This document shows positions 12,201 through 27,129 of a DNA stretch of 64,000 bases, in pieces. This DNA comes from Octopus sinensis. Its lineage: Eukaryota. Each line of letters starts with the position of its first letter. Position 1 is the stretch's first letter. The notes beneath the pieces were generated by a model, which saw nothing but the letters and a program-made list of their open reading frames with translations, was not told the origin of the DNA and ran no database searches. Both the position numbers and the translations under genes were made by a program. The DNA lies in contig NC_043000.1 in the NCBI RefSeq assembly GCF_006345805.1, forward strand, positions 163,060,001 to 163,124,000. The letters run 5' to 3'.

Positions 12201-13806
12201 CATTTCTTAAAAGAAAGATGGTGATAGATATTTTATAAAGAGCAAATACAAAAAATAGGAATAAGCAGAAAAATTATGATTACATTTTCAGAAACAGAAT
12301 GTTGGTTAGTAGCTTTCCTTTGGCGGATAAAATCAAATTAAAGATAAGTCCTTCATCAGATTCTTTTCGCAAGCCAAATGGTTACATTTTGCATGTGAAA
12401 TGCATATTCAACTGATTTTACATGGGCTCTCAGGGATAGGGTCAATGATATATTTGGATGCCTATGGAAGTTTTCAGTTGGAGAAAATTCACTTCTCCAT
12501 TGCTTGTAAGTTAAAATAGCTAAGTGGCTGTCACTATGAAAACTTCATTTTTCAAAAATAAATAAATTGTCCCTCATCAACCAATACATACACACACAGT
12601 ACATACTTAAAAGTAAAAAAGGGATTAAAACATCCAGGCATATATATATTATATATATATATATATATAATCTATATATATATATATATATATATGGTGG
12701 GGAGGAAAATAATAGCAATTTGTAAACCATAGTTGCTAGATCAAATTTCCAGGCATATATATATATACACATATACATTCACATATATACACTTTTATGA
12801 CTACAGCCAACGATTGTAGCCAACACACAAGACAGCCATTATGCTCCCCACCAAAAAAAAAAAAAACCACCACATGAACTCTGTTGAGACTAGTAAGAAA
12901 CAATTATGAACTTTTTAATTACATTTGACTTTTTAAAATATTTTTGATAAGGTTCGTTTTTTTCAAGAAGAACCAAAACATGTAAAATCTCTAAGAAAAT
13001 TAAAATTTATCTTATATAGTGGCGTTTTCAAACTTCTTTTTAATAAATACACATATATACATATGGTGGGGAGGAAAATAATAGCAATTTGTAAACCATA
13101 GTTGCTTGTACAAATTTTTTAACATTGCCAGGCAACCACATGTAATGGCTTCAGATCATCCATTGTCTACCATGACAAAGATTATAAATTCTACAATTAT
13201 CAATGATTGTAACAAGAATGAATAACTACTTGTGATTATTTACTACTGTCAACATCCCTGGTCCTATGATTGCCTCCAATAATAACCAAATTACCATAAC
13301 TGATCTAATTACTTTCATTGACAATAATCCCAATCAGTAGTAACCTCGCCTCAGAACCAGTATCATCCATGCTACAATGTTCTATTAATTACCAATGCCA
13401 CTAATAATCAGAAAATGGTTTATTTATTAACAGTAATTATAACTACAATTAATTTGTCAATGATTACCATGTGTGATTTCTCGGACCCCCTTCAAACATG
13501 AATGACCATGGGATTGCATCTAGAAAGTTCCCCTCCAAGGCACAAGTCCATGCAAAGTTGTTTATTGAAGACCAGCGGTCACCCATGCATACCAGCCTCG
13601 CCTCTCCACACCACTGATGTTATCCAAGGGAGAGGCAAAGGGGCCGATACAGCTTGGCACCAGTGATGTCGCAACTCATTTCTACAGCTGAGTGAACTGG
13701 AGCAACGTGAAATAAAGTGTTTTGCGTGTAATAACTTTCCAAATCAAAAGTTTAGATCAACAGTGACTTACTTTCACAACTCACTGTAACCATCATTAAT
13801 TAATCT

Positions 13807-14030
13807 ATTTCTTTACTACCCACAAGGGGCTAAACACAGAGAGAACAAACAAGGACAGACAAACGGATTAAGTCGATTATATCAACCCCAGTGCGTAGCT
13901 GGTACTTATTTAATCGACCCTGAAAGGATGAAAGGTGAAGTCGACCTCGACAGAATTTGAACTCAGAACGTAACGGCAGACGAAATACGGCTACGCATTT
14001 CGCCCGGCATGCTAATGTTTCTGCCAGCTT
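13807..14030 (-). mobile_element. tRNA-derived SINE (family A), just downstream of the XPF stop
   Basis: Reverse complement of the 46104-46337 type. Confidence 0.9.
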
Positions 14031-14184
14031 CTCTAACATACACTTCAAACATATACATACTTGATTCAGTAATGTAAGTTAGAAAACGAAAAAACTCAGA
14101 CCATGGATGAGGGTAAGCACGGGTAACATTATATTGCCCAACAAGTAACAAAAACTTCCCAGTTTGTCTTCAACTTCATTTATT

Positions 14185-14430
14185 TCATAATTTTCTTTTA
14201 AATGGCCGTTTTTTCTCTGGTTTACTTGGCGCTGAAAAAAGGCCTACCTGATGCAAACCATCTGCTTTTGACCTTAGAAATCTTAACAACTGTTGTGCAT
14301 TGCTAGCATTGCCCAAAATCTTCGTCAGTTCTTCCTCAGTCAGCTGACTCAATTCATAAATATTCGTCACTTTGTTCATAATAAGCCGATAGTTTTTCAA
14401 ATTGACTCCGGGTAATTTCAGAAGAAAGTC
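14185..14430 (-). CDS. ERCC4: XPF last coding exon ([10 protein letters not shown]...PFKRKL*), HhH2 domain
   Basis: tttcag acceptor; matches human DFLLKMPGVNAKN...LGNAANA; TGA is followed directly by AATAAA. Confidence 0.96.
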   Translation of the reverse strand, partial: DFLLKLPGVNLKNYRLIMNKVTNIYELSQLTEEELTKILGNASNAQQLLRFLRSKADGLHQVGLFSAPSKPEKKRPFKRKL

Positions 14431-16549
14431 CTGAAATAGTAAAAATAAATTATTTTAAAATTGTTCTTATAAAGACATTAAGAAAAATTAGAATAAAATT
14501 TGAATAGTTGAATGTTGTAAAAGTGAAATCCAAGTGCCAACACAAACAGAAGAAGTGTCTTAGTGTAGCTGTATGATTGGAACTATAGGTTTAGTTTCAA
14601 ACTGTTTCCTTGGAAAAACACAGGCTTCCAAGCCTTAGTTACATCGGTGCCAAAAGCAAATTTACCATTCAAAACAGAGTTAGTAAGGAAAATCAAGATG
14701 TAAAATAAATAGCTCCAACAAAATGAAACTATCTTAGCTATGTTTGTGTAGAAAAATAGTTTGTAAAACTGGTTAAAGTCAGTGAAAGAGCTATTATTGG
14801 CTATGATACCATTACCTGCTAGAAATGATAGCCAAATCTCCCACAACTCATTCCCTTCCTTCATAAAGGCTTCCCAACCACATGGTTCTGGGTTCAGTCC
14901 CACTGCATGGCACCTTGGGTAAGTGTCTTCTACTACAGTCTTGGGCTAACCAAAGCCTTGTGAGTGGACATCATGAATGTGTGTATCTGTCTGTCTGTCT
15001 CCAAACACCGACTGACAACTGGTGATAGTGTGTTTACATCCCCATCCCTGTAACTTAGCTGTTTGGCAAAAGAGACCAACAGAATAAGTACCAGGTTTCA
15101 AAATAAGTACTTGGGTTGATTAATTGGACTAAAATTCCTCGAGGTGGTGCCCCAGCATGGCCACCGTCTAATGACTGAAACAAGAAAAAGAATAACCAAC
15201 ATAATCATACATATAACTAGATCTATTGGATCAGATCAGACTTAGAGATAAGCAACAATAGCAACAACAACAAAAGCTTGCAAGAAAGCTTTCAAGGAGA
15301 TGCTTGAATCAATCTAGACAAAGGCAACCACTGACACTAAAGCTTCATCATCATCATCATCATCATCGTTTAACATCCGCTTTCCAATCACAGCCAGGAG
15401 GCTGCACCAGGCTCCAGTCTGATCTGGCAGTGTTTCTACAGCTGGATGCCCTTCCTAACGCCAACCACTCCGTGAGTGTAGTGGGTTCTTTTTACATGCC
15501 ACCGGCACAGGGGCCAGAGGAGGCTGACAATAGCCATGATTGGTTGGTGCTTTCTACATGCCACCGGCACGGACACCAGTCAAAGTGGTGCTGGCATCGA
15601 CCACGTTCAGATGGTGCTTTTTACATGCCACCAGCACGGGTATCACAACTTCAATTTCCATTTGATTTTTATTTTGATGTACTTGACTCATTAGGTCTCC
15701 TCTAGCACAGCAGGCCGTCCTGCGAGCCATGAACTCACTTCATTTGTCGGGTCTTCGCAATCACAGTATATCTCCAGAGGCCTCGGTCTTTCGTCATTGA
15801 CTCTGTGAGGCCCAACATTCAAAGGTCACGCTTGACCAGCTCCTCCCATGTCTTCCTGGGTCTACCTCTACCCCAGATTCCTTCAACTGTTTGGGAGTGG
15901 CACTCTCAACTAATCTCTTATCTCTAAAATGGAAATTACTAATTTCACTTGTAAATCTTCAGTTAATAAGTGCTGGGTTGGGTGTATGGTTAAGAAATTC
16001 ACATTGCTACCATACGGTTTCAGGTTCCGTTTCACTGCACAACACCTTGGGCAAATGTCTTCTGCTATAGCCCTGGGCTGATCAATGCCTCATGACTGAA
16101 TTTGGAGGAAGGAAACTGTAAAAGAATATTGTGTGTGTGTGTGTGTCTTTGTTCCTACCACTTAACAACCATATGTTGGTTTGTTTACATCTCTGTAACT
16201 TAAACGCTTGGCAAAAGTGACTAATAGAATAAGTATTAGACTTAGAAAATAAGTAATGGGGTTTATTTGGATGACTAAATCCCTTCATGACTGCAGTTGA
16301 TAACTGAAATAAGTAGAAGATAAAAGATAATATGTGTATATCATCATCATCATCGTTTAGCGTCCGCTTTCCATGCTAGCAGGGGTTGGACGGTTCAACT
16401 GGGGTCTGGGAAGCCAGAAGGCTGCATCAGGCCCAGTCTGATCTGGCAGTGTTTCTACAGCTGGATGCCCTTCCTAACGCCAACCATGCCGTGAGTGTAG
16501 TGGGTGCTTTTTACGTGCCACAGGCACAGATATGTACCTACTAACACTC

Positions 16550-16603
<54 letters not shown>

Positions 16604-16964
16604 GGAAGATTTGAAATAGATCCTTCTGTGTATATATATAGATACTTCCAAACAAACATGACTTTAAATGAAATCCCAATATATTTTTTTGAAATTTTTG
16701 TTTAATATTTTCTCACGATATTTCCTTGTAAACTGTTTTTAACATTTTCTTATTATTATCAGAGAATGTAAATATGTATTGTAATCTTTTGTGACAACCA
16801 ATATTTAACACAACAAAGCTTTTACAAAGCTTTACATTTTACTTTTGACAATCTTTTTCTAAAAAAATTAAACCGGTCAAGTGAATAAACATCTTTTAAA
16901 TTGCATTTTCAAACCTTCTTTCATATATATTTCCACTCATGTGGTACCTTACAATTTAACTTTG

Positions 16965-17017
<53 letters not shown>

Positions 17018-20000
17018 CATCATCATCATTTAACATTCGCTTTCCATACTGGTATATATCATAATCATCGTCATCATTTAACGTCCACTTTCCATGCTGG
17101 TATGAGTTGGATGGTTTGACTGAGGACAGGCAAGCTGGGAGGCTGCACCAGGCTCTAATCTGATCTGGCAAGGTTTCTACAGATGGACGCCCTTCCTAAT
17201 GCCAACCACTCCAAAAGTGTACTGGGTGCTTTTTATGTGCCACCAGCATGAGAGCCAGTCAAGTGGTACTGGCATTGACCACACTCAAATGGTGCTTTTT
17301 TATATGCCAAAGCAAGGAAGCCAGTCAGGCGGTACTGGCATAAGTCACACACCAATGGTGCTTTTTATGCTCCACCAGCATGGGCGCCAATCTGGTGGCA
17401 CTGGCATCTGCCACACTTGAATAGTGCTTTTTATATGCCACTGGCACAGGGGCCAGTGACGCGGCACTAAAGAGAACTCTTTAGTCTTGCAGGCAACAAG
17501 GCAACCTCTTTAGTGCTGGTTCCAGAATAAGACATACCTACTAACACTCTATATAGTGGTTAGAGAAAGGAGGGCATCCAGCTTTAGGAACAATGCCAAA
17601 ACTGGAATATACAAGTGAGATGTAGTCCCCAACCTGTCTAGGAGGGTGGTAACTTCCAATCAAGACAAATTCAGACCTTGACAACCAGGTCACACCATGG
17701 CAACATAGAAACACATACAAACATAGGGTGATGTAATGATGATGATGATGATGCACTACTATATAGATAAATAACAAAAGAAAAGTGCTAACATATTTTA
17801 ATCTAATTAAAAATAAACATATACCTATATAAAACCTTATTAGTCAATGGTTAATATTTCCATTTTCCAGGGAAGTTTCAGTCTTATTCTGACCTCTTAA
17901 GGGCAAAACATAATTTTAGCAAACTTGCTAAGGCAGTGATGAAGGATTATTTATACATTCAATCACCACCATCAACAGTTAACACCATTGGTATAGGAGA
18001 GTGAAACTACTTCAGAGATACTATGAATATGAACAACAAAAGCTTAGTTAGACTGAACATGTAAAAGAATATAAAATTATAGAAATTGGTTTTATGCTGG
18101 GGCTAGGAAGGGCATCCAGCTGTAGGAACCATGTCAAAACAGACAATGGATCCCAGTGAGGCTTCCTGCCCTACCAGCTCCTGTCAAACCATCCAATCCA
18201 TGCCAGCATGGAAAACGGACATTAAATGATGATGATTTATAGTGGAGTCATTTTTACTGACGATCAAATTATTTTTCATTTGGTAGCAACTCTAGAAATA
18301 AAGTCAAGGAGGAAAAAAGGAAGCTTACCTGAGGTTTTGGGTTGTATTTATCAATATAGTCTGTTGTTTCACTCACAGCAACGGCAGCAGAGGCAGAAGG
18401 CTGTTCCCTTCCAACCTGAATGCAAAACAAAGAAAGAACAGTCATATGTATGTATTTGTGTGTGTGTATTGTGCATGCATATATTTGTGAATGTGATTTT
18501 GTCTATCTTAATCTCACACGTACCCTATGTACCAAGGGAAGTGAATAAAACCTTTGGCATCAGAAAGAACATTAAACTGCCCCTTGTCAGCCAGCAGAGA
18601 AAAGAAGACATAAAAATGATGATACTGATTACTTCATTGACAGGTTTTTGTTGTTGTTTTTTTTGGGGGGGAAAGGTCTTGGTGTAACATCATTTTTAAA
18701 CTCTATTTATTTATATTTCAACATTGGTTCCAGGTTTCAATCCCTGTGATTGCTGACTGAATAAATATGACAAGCATCTTTAATATCGCTTGCCTTGCAA
18801 TTATATTTCTCTTATTCTCTCTAAGTATCATTTAATGCTCCATACATATGGGAATTAGAGAGAGAGAGAGAAGATAAAAGAGATGGCCAGAGGATAGTAA
18901 AGTATTTTGTAAGTTTGTGAGTGTAGCATGTGCCTACATGTATCATCATCATCACTTAACATCCATGGTCCATGAGTTGGATAGTTTGACTAAGGCTGGT
19001 AAGCTGAGGGGCTGCACCAGACTCCAGTCTGATTTGGCAATGCTTCTATGGCTGGATGCCCTCTGAGAGTGTAATAGGTGCTCTTCTATGCCACTAGCAT
19101 GGGTGTCAGTTGCATGACACCAGTACCTACTACAACTATGATTTCACTTGGATTGATGGAGCTTCCTTATCAAGCACAGCATATTGCCAAAGGTCTCAGT
19201 CATTTGTCATAGCCTCTGCAAGGCCCAGCGCTCGAAAGGTGCTTTTTATGTGCCACCAGCACAGTTTGTTAGTTCCACATCATTGGCATCGGCCACCTGG
19301 TCTCCATGAGGCCCAATGCTCAAAAGGTACATTCTACATGCCACCAGCAAAAGTGCCAGTTATGTGACACTGACAACGACCACAATTATCATTTCACTTG
19401 GCTTGATGACTCTTCTCAATTATGGCATATCGCCAAAGGTCTCAATCACTAGCCATTGCCTCAGTGAGGCCCAACATTCAAAGATCATGCATCACCACCC
19501 CGTCCCATGCCTTCCTGGGTCTCCCTCTCCCACAGCTTCCTTCTACTGATAAATATCAGCACTTCTTCACACAGCTGTTCCCATCCATATGCCTCACATA
19601 GCCATACCAACGCAGTCATCTCTCTTGCACACCACATCTGATGCCTCTTATGCCCAGCTTTTCTCTCAAGTCGTTTACACTCTGTTGTGCATGTACACTA
19701 ACATTGCACGTCAATATGCCCCCGAGCCCTTTCTAAGCAAACAACATAGCAGTAAAGTCTACAAATACCTTGACTATAAATGTAGATATGAGGTAAATGT
19801 AAGAAAATATGCTGTAGTTGATTCTGCAAACAAATCTCCAGAAAAGGTTGGACTATTTTCGTAACAGTGACTGAAATTGGAAAGCCAATAACAAAACATT
19901 CAATATGTTGTTGTTGTTGACCAGCCTCAAATCAGCTTTGACCAAGCAAACTAAAGTTCAAAACCTTGACCATCACGGTTTTTGGTAGCATCTACTACAG

Positions 20001-23000
20001 TTGCTGCAGCTACTGCTACTACATTATCCAAATTAATCCTGCATTTATTAAGATGGTACAATGAATTGGAGAGGACTTGGTTAGTATTTCTAACAAGTCA
20101 AACAACTGCATACAGGTTCCTTCATTTGTTTGAAATGTAAAAGACACGGAGTGATGACAGACATGTTAAAGCCACAAACTGAGACGACTCAAAGAAATGC
20201 TGTGAAAAATATGGAAGAGAGAAGCAATCTAACAACGGAAACATGGTGTGATGCGTTCTCCTCAACATTAAGCTGTTCAGGATCAACCAATAACATCAAA
20301 TACATCCCCTCATCAATGTTTTAACACTCATCTCTCCAGACAGATATATTTCACACACAACATTTTCATTCATCTCATTCCAGTACCATTTTGTCAGTGA
20401 AACCTGAAGTTCTTGGGTCTCTCCAGATCTTTAGCTTTATCATTACAATTGCAGTCCATTCTCTTTATATATACAAATTGCCTCTCCTGCATACATTAAT
20501 CAATGCTTTTGAAGCTTATACGACCAAATGCAGGACTTCTAAATAGTCAACTGAGTATTCCATTAAGCTTTCATCAACAGTACAAGCATCACTCCTGCTA
20601 AATATTGCTGATAAATGGTGAAATTGTACTGACACTGCCTAAAAATAAAACAACAAAACAAAACAATTATGTTCTCCAAAATATGAGCAGATTCATTATG
20701 CCACGAGTTTGACTCCTACTCCCAGTGCTTTGCAAGGTTACATTAAAACTCACACACAAACGTACACACTAAATGTGTGATATTGGTACCTTTAATTCAT
20801 GAAACAATTCAGCTGTTGCATAAGGGTTTTGACACCAAAGTATTCGGAGATTTGGAAAATGAAGAGTGAGGAGAGCAAGGCGTGAGGTATTGTCACGAAT
20901 GGAGACGTCGTTATCCAACTGGTACTTGTTCTGTAATACAAAAAAAAACAAAAAAAAAACCAATTTTGTTTTTAGTATTATCATGGCAAAAGTTAAATTG
21001 GCAAAATGCATGAAATGAAAGCTTCTTACTTTAGATTTATGCTTCATGTCCATTAGCTTACAACTCATTTCTTTCATATACTTCAGGCAAGACACTGAAC
21101 TAAATTCATCTATCAAACTTGTAATGATTGATATAGATTTTAAAGTTATGTCAACTGAGACAGTGGCATAGCAAGGGTTCACACTGCCCAAGAAGTAAAA
21201 GTCTTTTAGTGCCCTCCCACAACCACCACTTTGGTGAAAACAATTCAGTTGTCCCTCACATCGGTAAAGGCAAAGTTGTTAGAACATGAAGAGAGCAGCT
21301 TGTGTTTTCAATTCTGATTCTTTGCACCATGAATTCAAATCCTTCTGAGAGTAACTTCACCTTTTGTCTTTCTGAGACGAATAAAATACCACAAATAAAA
21401 TGTTTGTGGTTGAATCTTCTGTCCCTCAACCCCCAACAAAGAATCTACAATGCTGTGTTGTAAGAAGGGTTGTGAGAGGCTACTTACAGTACCCCTCCCT
21501 TCGAAGATTTGACAAGGGATTAATAGTTTTTCCTTACACAAAAACTGATATATTAATGAAACCAGCCAAGCTCCCATATATGCATTACAGCATGAAACAA
21601 AAATAAAGCAGACATCAGCAAAACTTTTGAGTGTTGAGATGAGAACATCTAAGTTGGTTACTTCTGGAATCTAACCAACACATCAAACCAAGATGGTTTG
21701 AAGGTTTCCAGTCTCATCCCTTTCGTAAAGAATGCATTGATCAAGCTTCATCAACTTTCATTTTCTCAAACCTATTGAACTTCAAGATTCAGTTAAATCA
21801 TTGATGCTCATATTTCTGTACATTAAGGGTTACTTACTGTTACTATTAACAATACTCATCTCCACACAAATGATATCATCTTTCATTCTTTCTTAGCCTT
21901 CTGTACACATACAAAAAATATAAAATAAAATGAAAGAAAGAAACTGAGATACTTCATGACATATATTTACTGGTTCTATGAACAGGATCTTTCATCAATG
22001 GTGACAAGACAAGCAGGTGTAATTCAATAGCTTGACACTATGGCTACATATATCAAAGAAACAGTCTGGCAATTGTATCCACACTAGTCACATCAAAAGC
22101 CCTCAAAGTCACTACATCCATGAATCAACACAATCCGAATGACTTTGCATTTACAATATTACCAAACATTACTAAATGCAAAACTCAAAAACTAACTTCC
22201 TTCTCAGAAACAATTTCAACTCAGAAGTTTTCAATGTTCAGAGAATATCAATTGCAACAAACAATTCTTCTCATAGCTTGGACTGCTTTACTACTACACA
22301 CAAATATACTATAGCAAATGAAGGTCAATTGGCTGACTATTTCATTTCTCATTCTGCAATATAATACCAGTCGACAGTGTGTGTGTGTTTTTTTTCTTTC
22401 TGACGCTTCTACACTATGACAATAGCCTTTGACTTTCAACCTTGAGCAAATACGTAAGCTATACATAAATACATATAGCTATATATCAGGAAAGACAGAG
22501 AGACAGACAAATACACCCACACACATATCATTTGATTTAGATCCATTTTCCCATGCTAGTATGAGTTATACAAATACATTTTACAGAGGAATTGTTCAGC
22601 AGCTGGATATTCTGCCACACAATAGGGATTTTCCTTCAACTCATCTTCAAAAGTGTAGAGCTTTTGAAGCCCTATTCAACATTCATGCACACATATAAAA
22701 ATGCACACAAAGATATCATTATGTGTGTTGGTGTGAGAGAAAGAGAGACAGACAGACAGACAGACAGTTTGGGAGATATATTCTCTGGGCAGCGAGCTGG
22801 CAGAAACGTTAGCCGTATTCCGTCTGCCACTACGTTCTGAATTCAAATTCTGCCGATGTCGACTTAGCCTTTCATCCTTTAGGGGTCGATAAATTAAGTA
22901 CCAGTTACGCACTGGGGTCAATGTAATCGTCTTAATCTGTTTATCTGTCCTTGTTTGTCCCCTCTGTGTTTAGCCCCTTGTGGGTAGTAAAGAAATATAT

Positions 23001-25975
23001 ATTCTCTGGGCAGATTCTGTGGTAGCTTCCATTTATATTCCTGGTTACAGCTAACTGCATCGATTAGTATTTAATGTCTATGACTACTTGGTGTTATCAC
23101 TCACACTGTAAATTTCTCCGATGGGTAATTCTGTGTTCGCTTCATTGGATTGTGATATTTGGAGTATATATTTCCAATAAATATAATGATACAGAATATG
23201 GAGATTGGTACAAACTCAAAATTTACTTCCTTTCATTTTGTGGTATGTCATACAGCATATTCTTATCTTAATATATAAAACAGAGTGTCTGTCTGTCTGT
23301 GTGTCTGTGTGTGTCTGTGTGTGTGTGTGTTCCATATGGATTTGAAAACTGAGTTGCCAATTTTGATGTGTGAGGTATCAAAAGATTCAGTAATCTTTCA
23401 GCTACCAAATAAAGTATGTTTTTTGCAAAACAGCTCTTTTTTACAACAAAAATAACCTTGAAAACAAGGTCAGGTTGCACAATTTTGAAGTCTTTAGCTA
23501 AGGGAGGCAACTCTACCCAAACAATCTATGTCAGAACATGAGAAAATGTTTAAAATACATGTTTTACCAAGGAGTGAAACTTTGAAGATATATTGCCAAC
23601 TTTAGTAGTATTATTTAGTAGATAAACTTTTAATGTAAAGCGGCGTTTTGTTTAGGCCAGAGTTGCCTCTGATGTAACAGACTCATCACATAGTTTTTTT
23701 TTTCTTTTTCTTCCTGAAATACAGTAAATTTGTGTCTTTCTTTTGATGAAAGGGTGTGTTTTAAGAGACATTTGGCTACTATTTGTAGTAGCTCACGTTA
23801 TCACAGACACACCTGTGTGTGTGTGTGTGGTAATACTTTTTCACAGAATATTTTGCACAAAAAATTTTTAAAGAAATCTGGACATCTTTCTTACTGCTAG
23901 CTATTCAACTTCAAAATACAATTGTTAATTGTTGGAAGTCAAGTAGATTGAGATGTACGTATACTGTTATAGTATAGAGTGGAAGTCCAAAACAAAGTTT
24001 TGAACTCATTATCTTGAGGTTAGTAATCCATTACCTTAAATTTGAAGCTATTAAGTCTTTAAACATTATTTTACTAGGTTTAGTTTTTTGACTGTCACCA
24101 TGATGAGGTATCCCCTTCAAAACTTTAACTGATAAAACTGACATCAGCACATATTTGAATCTGGCATTTATTTTATAGACATCTGTTTGATGAACTGCTA
24201 ACTTTGAGACACAGTGAGACACGATACTCGATAAACACACAAATACATATAAGATGTAAGAATGGCTGTGTGGTTGAGAAGTTTGCTTCCCAACCACATG
24301 GTTCCACATTCAGTCCTTCTGCATGGTACCTAGGGCAAGTGACTGACTTTGGTAGATGGAAACTGCAGAGTTGATCATCAGAAAATGACTGCAAAACATG
24401 TTTGTGAAGAAGAGTTGTTTGCTTCATACTCCTCATGTGGCGATTCTGCCCATAAGAGAGGAACAAGTAATATAATGTGGCTGTAGGTCATAACACCCAG
24501 GCAATGCCGGGGTGCATTGCTGGTATTATATACGACATACTGTAAAATGAAAGGAAACAGATTTTGAGGATGTTACCAGTCTCCAGATTCTTTATCATTA
24601 TACTTATTGTGTGTGTGTGTGTGCATATATGTATATACAACGTATGGAGGCAATTATGTAGATAAACAAATTAAATATAACAACTTTATTTATACAATAT
24701 ATGTGTGTGTGTGTGTGTGTGCGTGCGTATGGTTGTATGTATGCATATGTATGTGTGTGAGTGAGTATGTATATATTGGGTAAGCGAAGTCAAAATCGAA
24801 CCTCATCCGACGACAGGCACCCATGCTTGTGAAGACCTGTTGGGGCAAGTGAAATCAAAATCGGAATCGAAATTGAACCAATCCTATGACTGGCACCCGG
24901 AAGTTGCCAGGACCCTGGTCTGGTGGTACGTAAAAAGCGCTATCCGAATCGTGGCCGATGCCAGCGTCGCCTCGACTGGCTTCCGTGCCGGTGGCACGTA
25001 AAATGCACCAATCCGACCGTGGCCATTGCCAGCCTCGCCTGGCACCTGTGCAGGTGGCACGTAAAAAGCACCCACTACACTCACGGAGTGGCTGGCGTTA
25101 GGAAAGACATCCAGCTGTAGAAACACTGCCAGATCAGACTGGAGCCTGGTGCAGCCCCTGGCTTCCCAGATCCCCGGTCGAACCATCCAACCCATGCTAG
25201 CATGGAGAACGGACGTTAAACGATGATGATGAATTACAATTTTATTCATTTACTTAACATATTCTGCTCTCAGATTCACACACTTACTGCAGCAGACTTT
25301 CATTTTTCCTAAGCCCTGTAAAAGAACTCAGAAAGGTTCTTACATGATACCCTTAAAGCCAGGGACTTTTCAGCACCCTATCAAATATATGCAGAGGAAT
25401 GCAGAGGACAGGCACCAGACTCCATTCTGATATATGATGGCTTTCATTCAGTCACCATCCACAAGATCCACTCACAAGGCTTTACTCAGCCAGGGGCAAT
25501 AGAAGAAGACTTTTTCCAAGGTGCTATGCAACAGGATGGAACCCAAGACCACATCGTTAGGAAGCAGCCTTTTTAATCACACAACCACTCCAGCACCAAG
25601 ATAGATATATATATATATACTTGTTTCAGTCATTTGACCGTGGCCATGTTGGAGCACCACCTTTAGTCGAGCAAATCAACCCCAGGACTTATTCTTTGTA
25701 AGCCTAGTACTTATTGTATCGGTCTCTTTTGCCAAACTGCTAAGTTAAGGGGACATAAGGGGACATAAACACATTGGTTGTCAAGTGATGTTGGGGGGAC
25801 AAACACAGACACACAAACATTCACACACATATACACATATATATACCTATATATATATAACGAGCTTCTTTCAGTTTCCGTCTACCAAATCCACTCACAA
25901 GGTGCCATGCAGTGAGACTGAACCCAGAACCATGTGGTTGGTAAGCAAGCTACTTACCACACAGCCACTCCTATG

Positions 25976-26015
<40 letters not shown>

Positions 26016-26983
26016 AAATGTGATCATCATTTATATGAAGAGCATTGTAGCTTGCTTGAAGCATTGTGATTAAGAAACTACCCAAATAATAGAGACAGAG
26101 ACCTTCTTACAATGCAAGGAGGAAAAGTTTACTAAATTTTAGATTTTTCAGGCATAAAAGCCTAACTTAAGAAGTAAACAGCCAAGAAATGTATAGCTCA
26201 ATATTTGTTGAATGTTTACCTGTGAGGATGGGCCTTTCTGTTTGAAATGCATAGAGGTTATAATACTTTATCTTTATATTATCATATGGTCTCTGTCTTC
26301 CTTGTTTGGCTATTTTACTTCTATCTCTGTTTATCTATATTTGTGTGTGTGTATAAGTAACTGAGTCAATGACCAGTCATAGAGTGACCAGGCATTGACT
26401 TAATTACTTTTAACACATTACTGCTTTATGCTTTGGAGTGTGCTTCTGTTTCGGATACAGGATACACTGACAACGTGTGTGTGCATATATATATATATAT
26501 ATACACCAGTATCTCACAGAAGTAGGTACACTTCTAAAAAATTTCAGTAAAATTGCCATTACTCTGATAATATTGAAGGAAATGAAATGAAATTTATACT
26601 GAATAAGATATATTACACATACAAATACGGAACACAAAACAATAAACATTTTCAAAGATATGAACGAAATATCAATTTTCAGATGTTACAAAACAAAAGC
26701 GAGGTCATTGACAGTGCCGCTGGACTGACTCCTGTGCAGGTGGCACATAAAAAACACCATTTCGAGTGTGGCTGTAGCCAGCACCGCCAGACTGGCCCTC
26801 ATGCCGGTGGCACGTAAAATCACCCACTACACTCTCGGAGTGGTTGACGTTAAAAAGGGCATCCAGCTGTAGAAACTCTGCCAGATCAGATTGGAGCCTG
26901 GTGCAGCCATCTGGTTCACCAGTCCTCAGTCAAATCGTCCAACCCATGCTAGCATGGAAAGCGGACGTTATATATATATATAT

Positions 26984-27032
<49 letters not shown>

Positions 27033-27072
27033 ATATTATATATATATATATATACACACACACATATATATA

Positions 27073-27129
<57 letters not shown>

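Noticed and set aside
12290-12415. Possible plus-strand terminal exon (NRMLVSSFPLADKIKLKI...)
   Set aside because: No recognisable homology and no partner exons found.
14583-14903. 106-aa minus-strand ORF upstream of the last XPF exon
   Set aside because: It starts inside a SINE, has no homology, and the XPF chain is complete without it.
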